Below the pieces are notes generated by a model, which saw only the letters and a program-made list of their open reading frames with translations, was not told the origin of the DNA and did no database searches. The position numbers were made by a program, and so were the translations under genes. Positions 37,762-51,724 of a stretch of 64,000 bases of DNA are shown piece by piece; positions within the stretch are counted from its first letter, which is position 1, and every line of letters begins with the position of its first letter. Origin of the DNA: Octopus sinensis (Eukaryota). The stretch spans positions 22,754,001-22,818,000 of the forward strand of contig NC_043012.1 of NCBI RefSeq assembly GCF_006345805.1, written 5' to 3'.

Positions 37762-38500
37762 CAGGGACACACGATGACATGAACTAAAGGATACGCTCAT
37801 CACCAGGAACTACCCACCTTCACTAATTGACATATGCTTTCAACGTGCCCTACAACTCAACATCTTCGAACTCAGACATCCCAAATTAAAGAAGGATTTA
37901 CAACCAAAAGCCCTACCATACATCTCTACACACAACCCTCTTAACAATGAAGCCTTCGACACCATCCTTCAAAACACTCCCCTGCTAAAAAATGGACCAC
38001 AGAATTAACCTAATCCTCCAAACACACACCATCATAAAAAGCAAGAGACAGCCCAAATCTATGAAAAGTCTCCTAACACAAGCCCGAATATGCTCAACAA
38101 CAACACAGAAGCTGTCAGTAAAAAAATGCGGAAGACCCAAATGTGGGATATGCGTCAATTTAACTGAGGGATCAGAGTTCTCCTTCAAACAGGGACAACG
38201 TTTCACAGTGAAAAGCAACTTCACATGTTCTTCGGAGAACCTGATATATGCACTAACCTGCTCTAACAATAACATAACCTAAAATTTAATCAATGAAAAT
38301 TTTTCCAAGACACATTTCCATGACAACCAAGTATAAACACTTAATTACCACCCCACTCAGACCCACACACCCAAAGAGGATTTTAACTCAAGAGAGACTC
38401 TATAAAGACAAAACTAATTTTAATGTATCATAGTCCAATGATGGCTTTGCTGGCTGAAACTTCGAAGTCACTGTCAACAACATTATTGTTTAAGAATAAT
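37762..38500 (+). mobile_element. Second Penelope-like fragment (RT end + N-half of GIY-YIG, internal deletion, 3' pLTR remnant)
   Basis: Collinear with 1060-560 (ELKDTLITRNYPPSLID...KKCGRPKCGIC...FTCSSENLIYALTC), with a stop and a frameshift. A degenerate hammerhead lies at 38429-38475. Confidence 0.88.
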
Positions 38501-38512
38501 ATATATATATAT

Positions 38513-38937
38513 AGGCACAGGAGTGGCTGTGTGGTAAGTAGCTTGCTAACCAACCACATGGTTCCGGGTTCAGTCCCACAGCGTGGCATCTTGGGCAAGT
38601 GTCTTCTGCTATAGCCCCGGGCCGACCAATGCCTTGTGAGTGGATTTGGTAGATGGAAACTGAAAGAAGCCTGTCGTATATATGTATATATATATATATA
38701 TATGTATGTTTGTGTGTGTTTGTGTGTCTGTGTTTGTCCCCCAAGCATTGCTTGACAACCGATGCTGGTGTGTTTACGTCCCCGTCACTTAGCGGTTCGG
38801 CAAAAGAGACCGATAGAATAAGTACTGGGCTTACAAAGAATAAGTCCCGGGGTCGATTTGCTCGACTAAAGGCGGTGCTCCAGCATGGCCGCAGTCAAAT
38901 GACTGAAACAAGTAAAAGAGAAAAAGAGTAAAGAGTA
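38513..38937 (+). mobile_element. Young tRNA-derived SINE
   Basis: Near-identical to 41361-41786 and 54293-54750. Confidence 0.92.
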
Positions 38938-39210
38938 TATATTTTCTTATATGGATGTCTGTGTCTTTCTGTCCTTCATTGCTTGATAACAAGTATTGGT
39001 TTGTTTATGTCCATCTGACTTTGTGGTTTGGCAACAGTGACTGACATATAAGTACTGAAGTTGATTTGTTCAACAAGACCCTTCAAAGCAGGGCTCCAGC
39101 AAGGCTCAAGTCCAACGACTGAAACAAGTAAAAAAAATAGAAGATAATATGTGTGTGTGTGTGATTACTCACATCTCCCTTTCTTTCTCTCTCTCCCCGT
39201 TTCTCTTCAG

Positions 39211-39266
39211 AATCTATGACCTAAAAGCACTGCATAAAAGTTAGAAGAAGAGATATATGGAGGACC
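39211..39266 (+). CDS. Candidate internal exon ((R)IYDLKALHK[K]LEEEIYGG(P)); needs +1 nt in an A-run to stay open
   Basis: Strong acceptor ccccgtttctcttcag| and donor GACC|GTAAGA. As assembled, the frame hits TAG after ...LHKS. Confidence 0.3.
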
Positions 39267-41360
39267 GTAAGACAGATTTATAGAAAAGACTCTAATATGT
39301 TTATTTGCTTCTTCACTATATTGAAGTAACTGTGCTCCGAAAATGGTACAGTGAAATGGCAGAATCATAACTGTTGGATAGAATACTTTGTCATATTTAT
39401 TCTGGATCCTTGCAATCTGAGTTCAAATCCTACCGAGACCAACTCTGTCTTTCATCCTTTTGGGATTCATAAATGAAATACCAGTCAATGACTCTGGCTA
39501 GTTCCCTCTCTCTCTCTCTCAGTTTTTGCTCTGCCATTCGAAGGTCCAACTGTTAGACATCTTAATATGGTGATGCAGCCTAAAAATTCCATTAAAGGGA
39601 CAAATATTGGCTGACTCTTCAATCACACATTAATTTCATGAATAAGACTAATTCAGTTGGTCAAACAACTATATGCTTCATTATCGAGACCAACAGGGAA
39701 TCTGCCAGACTGAAGAGGCAGTCATGGAACTCCGCTCTAGTACAACCTTATATCAAGCTTGCAGAAGAACAAGAAGCAACTTTAATTTTGGCAAATATCT
39801 CAGACTCCCCTTAAGGAATACATTAGCACTACCTTAAGTGCCTTAAGCCATAATCACAGCAATGTTTCTATGGTATCTTCAATTCCGTTTCACTAATAAA
39901 CTCAACATTTACTAAAGAGATGAAGCAATTTTGTGAAGACACATGTATATGTTCAACTCTCTGTTTTGTATCTAATTGCTACCACATACAAATGGATGTA
40001 AAGAATTATACACTGTTATTTCCATTTCTCCAAAGACTTTATCTTCCCAATAATGTGTGTTTTATATCTGTATTATTAATAATCTAAGACTGTGTTATTA
40101 GTTTTTTTTTTCAAGATTGAAGAAACTAGGAGAAATAGCTTTCAAATGGCCAAGAAATAATTGAAGAGAAGAATTCGGTAAAAGTGGTTAAGAATCTCGT
40201 TTTGCAACCACATGGTTCAGGGGTTTAATCCAACAGCTTGGTACCTGCAGCAAGTGTCTTTTGCTATAAGCCTGGTGTGGTTTGGGGTTCAGTCCCCCTG
40301 TGCAGCACCTCAGGCAAGTGTCTTCTACTATAGACCCAGGTCAACCAATGCCATGTGAGTGAGTTTGGTAGATGGAAACTGTGTGGAAACCTGATGCATA
40401 TCTTATTTGTGTGTGTGTATGTGTTTGTTTGTGTGTGTGTATGTGTGTACATGTGAGTTTGTACCTCTCTACTTCTTGACAACTGGTGTTGGTTTGTATA
40501 CATCCCTGTAACTTAGTGGTTCGGCAAAAGAAACTGATAGAATGCCAAATTTAAGGAAATTAATATTGGGGCAATTTTTTTTTTTACAAAGTCCTTCAAA
40601 ACAATGCCCCAACATGGCCACAGTTCAATGAATGAAATAAGTAAATGATAAAAAATAAATACAACTATCCTAACAAGTTAGAGTTCTGTTGTAAGTATGG
40701 GTGCATGGTTAGATAAACATATTTCACAACTATATGGTACTAGTTTCAATTCCACAGTGTGGTACCTTGAGCAAGTCTCTTCTACCAGCTGCAGGTTGAC
40801 TAATACAATATAAGTAGAAGACCATATTGAAATGCTAATCTACTTTGAAATCAATATGTTTCAACAAAAAAAAAAATATTACATCTTAAAAAAAGTAGCA
40901 TAAATCATAATAAAAAAACATCAAAGATAGGTTCAGGCGTAGCTGTATGATTGAGAAGCTTGGTTCCATACCATAGGGTTCTCGGTTCAATCTCACTATA
41001 TGACACTTTGGACAAGTGTCTTCTACAACAGCCCTGAGTCGACCAAAACCTTCTCAGTAGATTTGGTGAAAACTCAAAGCAGCATGTTGTTATAGAGAAA
41101 CGTGTGTTTGTGCGTGTGTGTGTGTGTGCATGAATGTTTGTGTTTGTTCCTCACAAACTTCTGTTGGTTTGTTTATGTCCCTGTAACTTAGAAGTTCAGC
41201 TTACGTTAACGACAGAGTAAGTAGCAAACTTTAAAAAAAAAGCAAGTCCTGGGGTGAAGTTGTTTGAATAAAACCTTTTAAGGTATTGCTCCAGCATGGT
41301 CACAGTCCAAAGACTGAAGCAAGAGAAAAGAAAAAAAAGACAAAGATATATGTTTAATCT

Positions 41361-41786
41361 AGGCTCAGGAGTGGCTGTGTGGTAAGTAGCTTGCTAACCA
41401 ACCACATGGTTCCGGGTTCAGTCCCACTGCGGGGCATCTTGGGCAAGTGTCTTCTGCTATAGCCCCGGGCCGACCAATGCCTTGTGAGTGGATTTGGTAG
41501 ACGGAAACTGAAAGAAGCCTGTCGTATATATGTACATATGTATATATATATATGTATGTGTGTGTGTGTTTGTGTGTCTGTGTTTGTCCCCCTAGCATTG
41601 CTTGACAACCGATGCTGGTGTGTTTACGTCCCCGTCACTTAGCGGTTCGGCAAAAGAGACCGATAGAATAAGTACTGGGCTTACAAAGAATAAGTCCCGG
41701 GTCGATTTGCTCGACTAAAGGCAGTGCTCCAGCATGGCCGCAGTCAAATGACTGAAACAAGTAAAAGAGAAAAGAGTAAAAGAGTA
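41361..41786 (+). mobile_element. Young tRNA-derived SINE
   Basis: Full-length family member. Confidence 0.92.
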
Positions 41787-42221
41787 ATCTAAAATCTTTA
41801 ATACATTTGTGAAATCTAGTTACAAATGTTGTTATATTTACACTGGCGCTAATCTTTGGTATGTTTCCTTGTAATGTTGAAAGATTGACAAAGGAATTAG
41901 TCATAGATAATATTATCTTTAGCTTAATTAGATTTTTATTAATAAAATTTCTTGAACGATAACGGAAAACGAGAAAGAATTATGTTAAAAATCTGGTAAA
42001 CATAATATGTTTATTAATGTTTGTTTTAACGGATAGTTATCCACAAAATGAGTTAAACATTATAATGATGGATTGTTCAATGCCTTTCAGGAGATTATCA
42101 TATATCTGTTATATTTCTATAAGGAAATGGTTGATAGTTACTTTGAAGTTTCAGCTAAGCAGCCATTTCAGAATCTCCTGGTTGGCGCCAAAACTTCAAA
42201 GTAAATGTCATACGAACAGTG

Positions 42222-42223
<2 letters not shown>

Positions 42224-42258
<35 letters not shown>

Positions 42259-42440
42259 TTAACATCCGCTTTCCATGCTAGCATGGGTTGGACAATTTGA
42301 CTGAGGTCTGGTGAACCAGATGGCTGCACCAGGCTTCAATCTGATCTGGCAGAGTTTCTACAGCTGGATGCCCTTCCCAACACCAACAACTCCGAGAGTG
42401 TAGTGCGTGCTTTTACGTGCCACGGCACAAGGGCCAGTTT
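42224..42440 (-). mobile_element. RTE 3' terminal fragment
   Basis: (cat)n followed by ttaacatccgctttccatgctagc. Confidence 0.8.
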
Positions 42441-43796
42441 GGTGGTACGGGCAGCATCATTATTAATTTCCTATATTCTGAGAGCAGATGTCCGGGCATG
42501 GGGAAATATTACTTGGCTCAGGAACAGACGAGAATTGGCAACAGCGAAGGCATCTGGCTGTAAAAAAATCAGCCTCAAATATACTCTCACATGAAAGCAT
42601 GGACATTAAATGATGATGATTATATATATGTATGTATGTAATGTGTATGAATGTGTGTTTATATACATATATGTGTGTGTGTGTGTGTGTGTCTATTCTA
42701 GCTGTTTTAATAACATACACAGCTGTTAAATTCTGTTTAAATTGAATTTATTTCAAGAAGTGTCAATATTATTACAGTGGTAACAGCAAGTAGTTACAGA
42801 GGAAGTTTGTCAGTGACCACAGGTCACAGTTGTATGAAGGAAGATTTTGTCGCCTCATGATATAGATTTAAAGTGAAATTAACAGCTAATTAAATCACTT
42901 GAGTGGCTGCTTCAGTTTCAGCAACAGTCACAAATGAAGTCACTCGCTAAACAAGTGAGCCTAGTACTTATTCTATCATTCCCTTTTGCTGAACTCCTAA
43001 GTTACAGGGACGTAGACACATCAATATCGGTTGTCAAGCGATGGTGGGAGGAGAAACACAAAGGCAAGGCTGGAAGGGGCAGGTATGTTTGGGTGATAAA
43101 AGCTTGCTCCCCAACCACATGGTTCCGGGTTCAGTCTCACTGTGTGGTACCTTAGGCAAGTGTCTTCTACTACAGTCCAGGGATGACCAAAGCCTTGCGA
43201 GTGGTTTTGGTAGATGGAAACTGGAAGAAACGCATCATATGTGTGTGTGTGTGTGTGTTTGTGTTTAACCCCGCCACTGCTTGGAGACTGGTGTTGATTT
43301 ATATCCCTGTCACATAGCAGTCTGGTAAAAGAAACTGATAGAATGAATTCAAGGCTAAAAACTAAGTACTGAGGTATATTTGTTTGACTAAATATCTCAA
43401 GATGATGCTGCAGCATGGACACAGTCCAATGACTGAAACAAGTAAAAGATGTGTGTGTGTGTGTATCACATTTAATATCCATACACACCTTATTCAATGG
43501 GACGATGGAGAGTATCACGTCACTCATTACATAATCTGATTAAAATAGGCAGCTGGTAGTGGTAGCCATGCTGGCGGTGGTGATGGTGGTGAGGAGGAGG
43601 AGAAGGAGAAGGAGCAGAATGATGAAGACTGCTGCTGCTGATAATGATGAAATAAATGTTCAGTTTATAATAGACTGAAAGTGCTCTCAGAGCACAAGGC
43701 TTTATACCAGCTGATGCACAGTGCACACATACACACACAAGCATGTATATATATTATATCTACATACATGTATATATACACATTACACATATATAT

Positions 43797-43969
43797 AGGA
43801 GTGGCTGTGTGGTAAGTAGCTTGCTAACCAACCACATGGTTCCGGGTTCAGTCCCACTGCGTGGCATCTTGGGCAAGTGTCTTCTACTATAGCCTCGGGC
43901 CGACCAAAGCCTTGTGAGTGGATTTGGTAGACGGAAACTGAAAGAAGCCTGTCATATATATGTATATAT

Positions 43970-44025
<56 letters not shown>

Positions 44026-44246
44026 TGTGTGTGTTTGTGTGTATGTGTTTGTCCCCCTAGCATTCCTTGACAACCGATGCTGGTGTGTTTACGTCCCCGT
44101 CACTTAGCGGTTCGGCAAAAGAGACAGATAGAATAAATACTGGGCTTACAAAAGAATAAGTCCCGGGGTCGAGTTGCTCGATTAAAGGCGGTGCTCCGGC
44201 ATGGCCGCAGTCAAATGACTGAAACAAGTAAAAGAGTAAAAGAGTA
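43797..44246 (+). mobile_element. Young tRNA-derived SINE inserted in TA-rich sequence
   Basis: Full-length family member. Confidence 0.92.
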
Positions 44247-44654
44247 TATATATATATATATATATTATATATGTCTATGTATATGTGCACAAACATATAC
44301 TTTAATATAAATATAATGCCTATCAGTCTAGCTGTCTAAATATACACTTGCATGTGTGTATGCGGGGTGGTTGTGCATGCAAAGGCATGGCTGTGTGGCC
44401 AACAAGTTTGCTTCTCAACCGTGTTTCTATTATAAGCTATGAGCCAAGCCAAACCAAAGCCTTGAGAGAATCTGGAAGATGGAAACTGAAAGAAGCCTCT
44501 TGTATATATGCATACATACATATATATATGTATATATATAAACATATATACACATACATATATGTACATATAAATACATATATATATATACACATATATA
44601 CATATATATATACAAACGAACATAAATACATACATATAAATATATATATACATA

Positions 44655-44702
<48 letters not shown>

Positions 44703-44811
44703 TATACACATACAAATCTATATATGTATATACATACATATATATATATATACATACATACATATATATACACACAGACATATATATACATATATATATA
44801 TATACACACAC

Positions 44812-44842
<31 letters not shown>

Positions 44843-44985
44843 TAGATAGATAGATAGATAGATAGATAGCTAAGAGAACAAATAGTTAGGTAATGCACCA
44901 GTAGTGCCTACAGATACATTTAACCCTTGGACGGTTGCATAACCTCTAACTCATAATTTTTCTATATAGATATATATACACACAT

Positions 44986-45020
<35 letters not shown>

Positions 45021-45089
45021 CTTTATCTAAAGCAGCAGAAAATTCAACAAAACCAGTTACTCTGATTTTCACATTTATGTGTTTACTCC

Positions 45090-45134
<45 letters not shown>

Positions 45135-45314
45135 CATATAAATATAATATGTGACAATTATTCACGAATAATTGTCATATATTTTATATTTACAGGTAAA
45201 TTCTTCTATTTACTAATATCGAGGTCTCTTTCATTCTTTTGTTATCTTACCATTTCTATCAATATATATACATATATATGTGTGTGTGTATACACACATA
45301 GATAGATAGATAGG

Positions 45315-45360
<46 letters not shown>

Positions 45361-45414
45361 TTGATAGGTATTATATATATACATATATCTATAGATTGAT
45401 AGGCATATGTATAT

Positions 45415-45458
<44 letters not shown>

Positions 45459-46032
45459 TATATATATATATACACATATATATTCATATATATATATATA
45501 TATATATATTCATATATATACATAATATATGTATATGTATATACGTTTGTGCATATGTATCTATGTATGTATGACTGTGTGTGTCACTGTCTCCATATGT
45601 GTGTGTGAGTGCGTGTGTGTGCTTGTTTACATATTCTCTGAATCGGACGTTACAAGTAGTGGCACTGTTTTAATTTTTCCTATCGGAATATAATTCCCAG
45701 GCTTTACACCTTCGAAGATATGTGAAATGAGAAATATGCTACTCAAGAAACAGGTAAGGATTAGTGAAAAGGAGAGCAACCAACTATAGAACAATACCTG
45801 ACTGAATGATGTAGATATATCTAACCCATGCAAGCAAATGAAAAAGGATGTAAAACAAATTAAATAATGAACATATATATATTTATATATACATTACATA
45901 TACATATATATATATTTTTATGCATAAATTACATATACATATATATATATTTTTATACATACATATCTATATGTGTGTATATATACATATATATACATAC
46001 ACACACAAACATACACACATGTAATACATATA

Positions 46033-46239
46033 TACTCTTTTACTTGCTTTAGTCATTTGACAGCAGCCATGCTAGAGTACCACCTTTAGTCGAACAAGTT
46101 GACCCCAGGACTTATTCATTGTGAGCCTAGTACTTATTCTATCATTCCCTTGTGCTGAACTGCTAAGTTACAGGGACGTAGACACACCAATATCGGTTGT
46201 TAAGCGATGGTGGAGGAGAAACACAACATATACACACAA

Positions 46240-46298
<59 letters not shown>

Positions 46299-46468
46299 TA
46301 CATTCGACATGCTTCTTCCAGTTTCCACCTACCAATTCTACTCGCAAGGCTTTGGTAGGCCCAAGGCTAAAGTAGAAGACACTTGCTGAAGGTGCCATGC
46401 AGTGGGACTGAACCTGGAACCATGTGGTTGGTAAGCAAGCTACTTACTACGTAACCACTTCTGTGCCT
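46033..46468 (-). mobile_element. tRNA-derived SINE
   Basis: Reverse complement of the family consensus, moderately diverged. Confidence 0.85.
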
Positions 46469-46590
46469 ATAAATATTTTATACATATGTATATACTATAC
46501 ATCTATTATACACTTATAGCATACCCATCTTATATATATATACGTTATGCATATATATGTGTGTGTGTGTGTGTATGTATGTATATATAT

Positions 46591-46638
<48 letters not shown>

Positions 46639-47467
46639 CATATATATATCATGCATATTCATTACATATGTTTAGTGTAAACTGTTGGGAAAAAATACTC
46701 AGCAGAGATTAATAATATATTATATTTTGGTTGAGTCAATCTCTTTCTAGTCAGGATTTCACCTTTAGGTGCACAGGACCTTTGACTATTATACACACAC
46801 ACAAACACACATATGTTTATATATTATATATTATAATCATATTATGCATATATATATATATATGTTTGTGTGTATGTATATATAGGCACATGTATTGTCA
46901 TCACGAAGATATTTCAAGTCAGTTAACACACTAATATAATATTTTTAACAAATGCAAAGGATAAAAAGGAAACCCAGAAAACATGTCTCTACCCAGAAAA
47001 CATGTCTCTACTTGCAGCAGCTGTTTTATAGTTTGTTTTTTACATATATATTTAGTGTGAGAGAGGTGGGTGGTTTAGCATCAGAACTGAACAGGTAAGG
47101 TGTGTCATAATGAGATTTCACAAAGCAAACACACACATACACATGGCTATACACATACACACACATTATCTGCCTTAGAAAGAAGCTAAGCAAGTAATAA
47201 TGGAGGAGTCAGTAAAGCTTGATCAAACAATAAGCAGTTGAATAAATAAGTAAAAAGGGGGAAATCTAAGAGAAGAAGAAAAAAATCAGTCAGATCAGTG
47301 ACATTCACAAACCAGCACAATAAATAATAGTGTCAACAACAGCAGCAACAACAGCACCAACAACAACAACAACAACAACAGTATCAGTTGTATTAATAGT
47401 AGTAGAAGCAGAAGACAACAGCATTAACAGCAATTACAATTACTACAAATGATTATTTCTTAATTAG

Positions 47468-47593
47468 GCAAGAAGGGTTAAGTACGTTGCTCACGAGAAT
47501 ACGCAATGCTATAAAGACTTTGTCGGAATATAAACTTATATATAGACCCATTCAATATTAACGGTTCTTCTTCCACGTGTGCCATACCAACAG
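47468..47593 (+). CDS. Candidate internal exon ((P)QEGLSTLLTRIRNAIKTLSEYKLIY...)
   Basis: Acceptor ttcttaattag| and donor ACAG|GTAATG. The phase-2 frame reads protein-like for 30 codons and then hits TAA; a 2-nt TA-run indel would continue as IDPFNINGSSSTCAIPT. Confidence 0.25.
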
Positions 47594-47884
47594 GTAATGA
47601 TAGTCATGAATCTCCACCCACTTCTGTCTCATGCACAACTTACTAAGTTATTAAGCCAGTTTTTCTGAAACCAGTTGATAAAGCCATTGAGTTGTCTTCT
47701 CTCTGCTTCCTTCATCTTTTTTTTTCTCCCCTTCAGTATTTCAGATGTATTTGTGTTCAAGGCTTTTCTCGTATCATGTCCAACGTCTAATGCACTTAGC
47801 CTCTTACCTCCTTTTATTCTTAAATAGTTTATAGTTCTCTGGTCATTTTGATTTTTATCAACATTTCTTACTTTATCTGTATAG

Positions 47885-48191
47885 AAGTGGTCCTCAACCA
47901 GCAGACCATCAACTAACACCAGCCTCGAGGTCATTTGGTGTTGGGCTGCACAGACAGAATACACTTTTACATTTTACTTCTATTTTATTGTAACCTACAG
48001 AGTGTTTCTGCATTATATATATATAATGAGTGACTCTGTGGTAAGTAGCTTGCTAACCAACCACATGGTTCCGGGTTCAGTCCCACTGCATGGCATCTTG
48101 GGTAAGTGTCTTCTGCTATAGCCCCGGGCCGACCAATGCCTTGTGAGAGGATTTGGTAGACGGAAACTGAAATAAGCCTGTCGTATATATG

Positions 48192-48226
<35 letters not shown>

Positions 48227-48590
48227 ATATATTGGTGTGTGTGTGTGTGTGTGTGTGTGTTTGCCCCCTAGCATTGCTGACAACCGATGCTGGTGTGTTT
48301 ACAACCCCGTCACTTAGCGGTTCGGTAAAAGAGACCGATAGAATAAGTACTGGGCTTACAAAGAATAAGTCCTGGGGTCGATTTCCTTGACTAAAGGCGG
48401 TGCTCCAGCATGGTTGCAGTCAAATGATTGAAACAAGTAAAAAAAAAAATATATATATGTTTATTATATATACATTACATTTGTATATATATGTATTGTA
48501 TATGTAATACATAAATTATGCATGTGATCCCCTGATCCATGGCAAAATCACGGAACTGGTCCTTAGAGCAAAAAAGTATGGGGACTGCTT
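47885..48590. mobile_element. hAT-type MITE interrupted by a SINE (48027-48440)
   Basis: Ends AAGTGGTCCTCAACC / ATGGGGACTGCTT; internal sequence shared with 11049-11905 (atgatcccctg...aaaaaag). Confidence 0.7.
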
Positions 48591-48744
48591 CTGTGTATAT
48601 ATATATATAATATATATTTTCCTCATATACACAATTGCTAAGGAGTGTATATATATGTGTTCATGTGTATGTATATATATATATAATATGTATATATATA
48701 TATATATGATATATATATGTATATATATATATATATATATAATA

Positions 48745-48775
<31 letters not shown>

Positions 48776-48894
48776 TATATATATATATATGTATATGTAT
48801 GTATGTATGTATATATATATATATATAATATATGTATGTATGTATGTATATATATATATGATATAATGTATATATATATATATATATATATTAT

Positions 48895-49128
48895 TTCTTT
48901 ACTATAAAGGAGCCCACAGGCAAACACAGAGGGGACAAACAAGGACAGACAAAGGGATTAAGTCGATTACATCGACCCCAGTGCGTAACTGGTACTTAAT
49001 TTATCGACCCCGAAAGGATGAAAGGCATAGTTGACCTCAGCGGAATTTGAACTCGGAACGTAACGACAGACGAAATACAGCTACGAATTTCGCCCGGCGT
49101 GCTAACGTTTCTACCAGCTCGCCGCCTT
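48895..49128 (-). mobile_element. SINE (GCCTTTCATCCTTTCGGGGTCGATAAA family), young copy
   Basis: CpG-rich reverse complement of 59454-59690. Confidence 0.85.
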
Positions 49129-49603
49129 TTATATATATGTGTGTGTGGTGTATATTGTTACAAATTTGGGATTTTACCAATAGAACCACAATTCCTATTT
49201 TAGTATAACCTTATTGTATGGAATACACATAGAAAGTTATATCCAATAAAATAATATAAGCATTTAAAAACCTATCACAAGTGATCACTCCAAACTCTAT
49301 GATGTTGACTGAATGTTTGATTTTTATCACTGTCTTCAGATTACACTGTTCTTAGATTGACACCCAAACACTCTGAAATGTTTGAATTGGAGCTTCCGGC
49401 GCAAATGCCAAGCAGTACAGCATGTCGGTTCCAAATTTCTGGCAGAGTGATTTGTGTCAAGGTGTTGTGTCTTTCTCATAGACAGTGCCCAACTGCCCCT
49501 ACTACACTTTGTAGTTGACAGAATTAAAAGTAAACAATGCACATGCATGAACTTAAAAATATAAAATGGCAACAATATACCCATTATACCATATATATAT
49601 ATA

Positions 49604-50021
49604 TACTCTTACTCTTTTACTCTTTTACTTGTTTCAGTCATTTGACTGTGGCCATGCTGGAGCACCACCTTTGGTTGAGCAAATCAACCGCGGGACTTAT
49701 TCTTTGTAAGCCCAGTACTTATTCTATCGGTCTCTTGTGCCGAACCGCTAAGTGGCGGGGAAGTAAACACACCAGCACCGGTTGTCAAGCAATGCTAGAG
49801 GGACAAACACAGACACACAAACATACATATATATATATATATATATATACATATATACGACAGGCTTCTTTCAGTTTCCATCTACCAAATCCACTCACAA
49901 GGATTTGGTCAGCCCGAGGCTATAGCAGAAGACACTTGCCCAAGATGCCACGCAGTGGGACTGAACCCAGAACCATGTGGTTGATTAGCAAGCTACTTAC
50001 CACACATCCACTCCTGCGCCT
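49604..50021 (-). mobile_element. Young tRNA-derived SINE
   Basis: Reverse complement of the family consensus. Confidence 0.9.
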
Positions 50022-51690
50022 ATATATATATATAAATGGAATAGATTAGATTCCAGTACAGGTAGTTACTGACATTACCAGTTAATTCATTCTTAATTGT
50101 CACAGTGTAGGAAGCTGGAGATTACTGTCCAAAGCAGGAGGCTGGAGGCTGCCAACATGAATCTACCTGTGGCTCATCTCACAGGTGTATTTACCTGACT
50201 GGGCATGGTTTTCAAGTAACATCTATTTCTTTAGAAATTATAAAAATAAATATGTTTATATTATGAAGTATAAAAGCATTGTGAGAATATGAAATATCTA
50301 ATTTAAACTGTGAATCTCAGAATGGATACAACTGTATATGACAGCATGATATATTAGGTGAAAAAACAACAACCACTGGGTGGCAAATAGGCTGAAAGCA
50401 ACCTGGGGGGTAGACAAGTTTCAAACACCACATCTTGTGATAATTGCATTAAAATAATCTTTTGATTCTTACCATTAACTTAGATGCTTTGTTATTACAA
50501 GCACAAAAGTAAGTGTGTTTAATTTTGAAATGTAGACACCCAAAGAAAATCATTTTCCCTGCATATAACAAAGTGGGTAGAAACATGGTTGGCACGTCTG
50601 CTATGGATCCAGAAGAAACATGGTTTGGATCTCACAGCTACCTTTCAGTCTCTCTTCATCAAAGAGGGTTTGAACCCAATATATTACATGCTGTTAGGAA
50701 GGGCATCCTGGCGTTAGGAAGGGCATCCAGCTGTAGAAACACTGCCAGATCAGACTGGAGCCTGGTGCAGCCTGCTGGCTTTCCAGATCCCGGTCAAACC
50801 GTCCAACCCATGCTAGCATGGAAAACGGACGTTAAACGATGATGATGATCATCATCATCATCATAAAAAAGATAGCTTTTTCTATTTTTTTTACTAAAAT
50901 TATTTAAAAGAGAAAAGTGAAAACTACCTGAACTTTCTTAGATCTTTTTAACAACATAGTCGTATGCATGGCAGAGAGTTAAAAGAGGATGGTTTACAAC
51001 AAAAAGGTTTTGGGTTGCATTTACAACATCTTGGCTGTGTGTCTTCTACTATGGCACTGGGCAAGCTAATGCCTCGAGAGAGTATTTGGTAGATAGAAAC
51101 TGCACAGAAGCCCACTGTATGTGTACACATAATATATATGCATACACATATATTTTTATATATATGTGATACGTATATGTCTTTGTGTTTTTCCCTCCCA
51201 CCATCGCTTGACAACTGGTGTTGGTTTGTTTATGTCCCTGTAACTTAGTGCTTTGGCAAAATAGACTTGAATAAGTACTGAGGTTGCTATTTCTCGACTA
51301 AACCCTTCGAGGTGGTGCCCTAGCATGACCATAGTCTTATGACTGAAACAAGTAAAAAAAAAAAAATAACCCCAACAAGGATACACAAAGATGATACTGG
51401 TGAAATATGAATACAGAATTCTCACAAAGGAAGCAGAAACACAATGAAGAGATTGATAAAAAATGCAAATATTTTGAAAAATGTAATTGTGTGAACAAAA
51501 AAAAAAAAAAAGGGACAATAAGAAAAATGGAAACAATAGCAAAATAATAATGTCCACATTAACAGCAAGAAGATGAAGTTAAATTGTGTTTCTTGTGTGT
51601 TTACTGTATTGCCATCAAGACAGTCTTGTATAACAGCGACACTTTCAGTAGAAGACACAGAAATATATATATATGTATATATATATATAA

Positions 51691-51724
<34 letters not shown>

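Noticed and set aside
47808-47876. 69-nt minus-strand exon-like segment (DKVRNVDKNQNDQRTINYLRIKG)
   Set aside because: The acceptor overlaps the hAT MITE target duplication and there is no recognisable homology.
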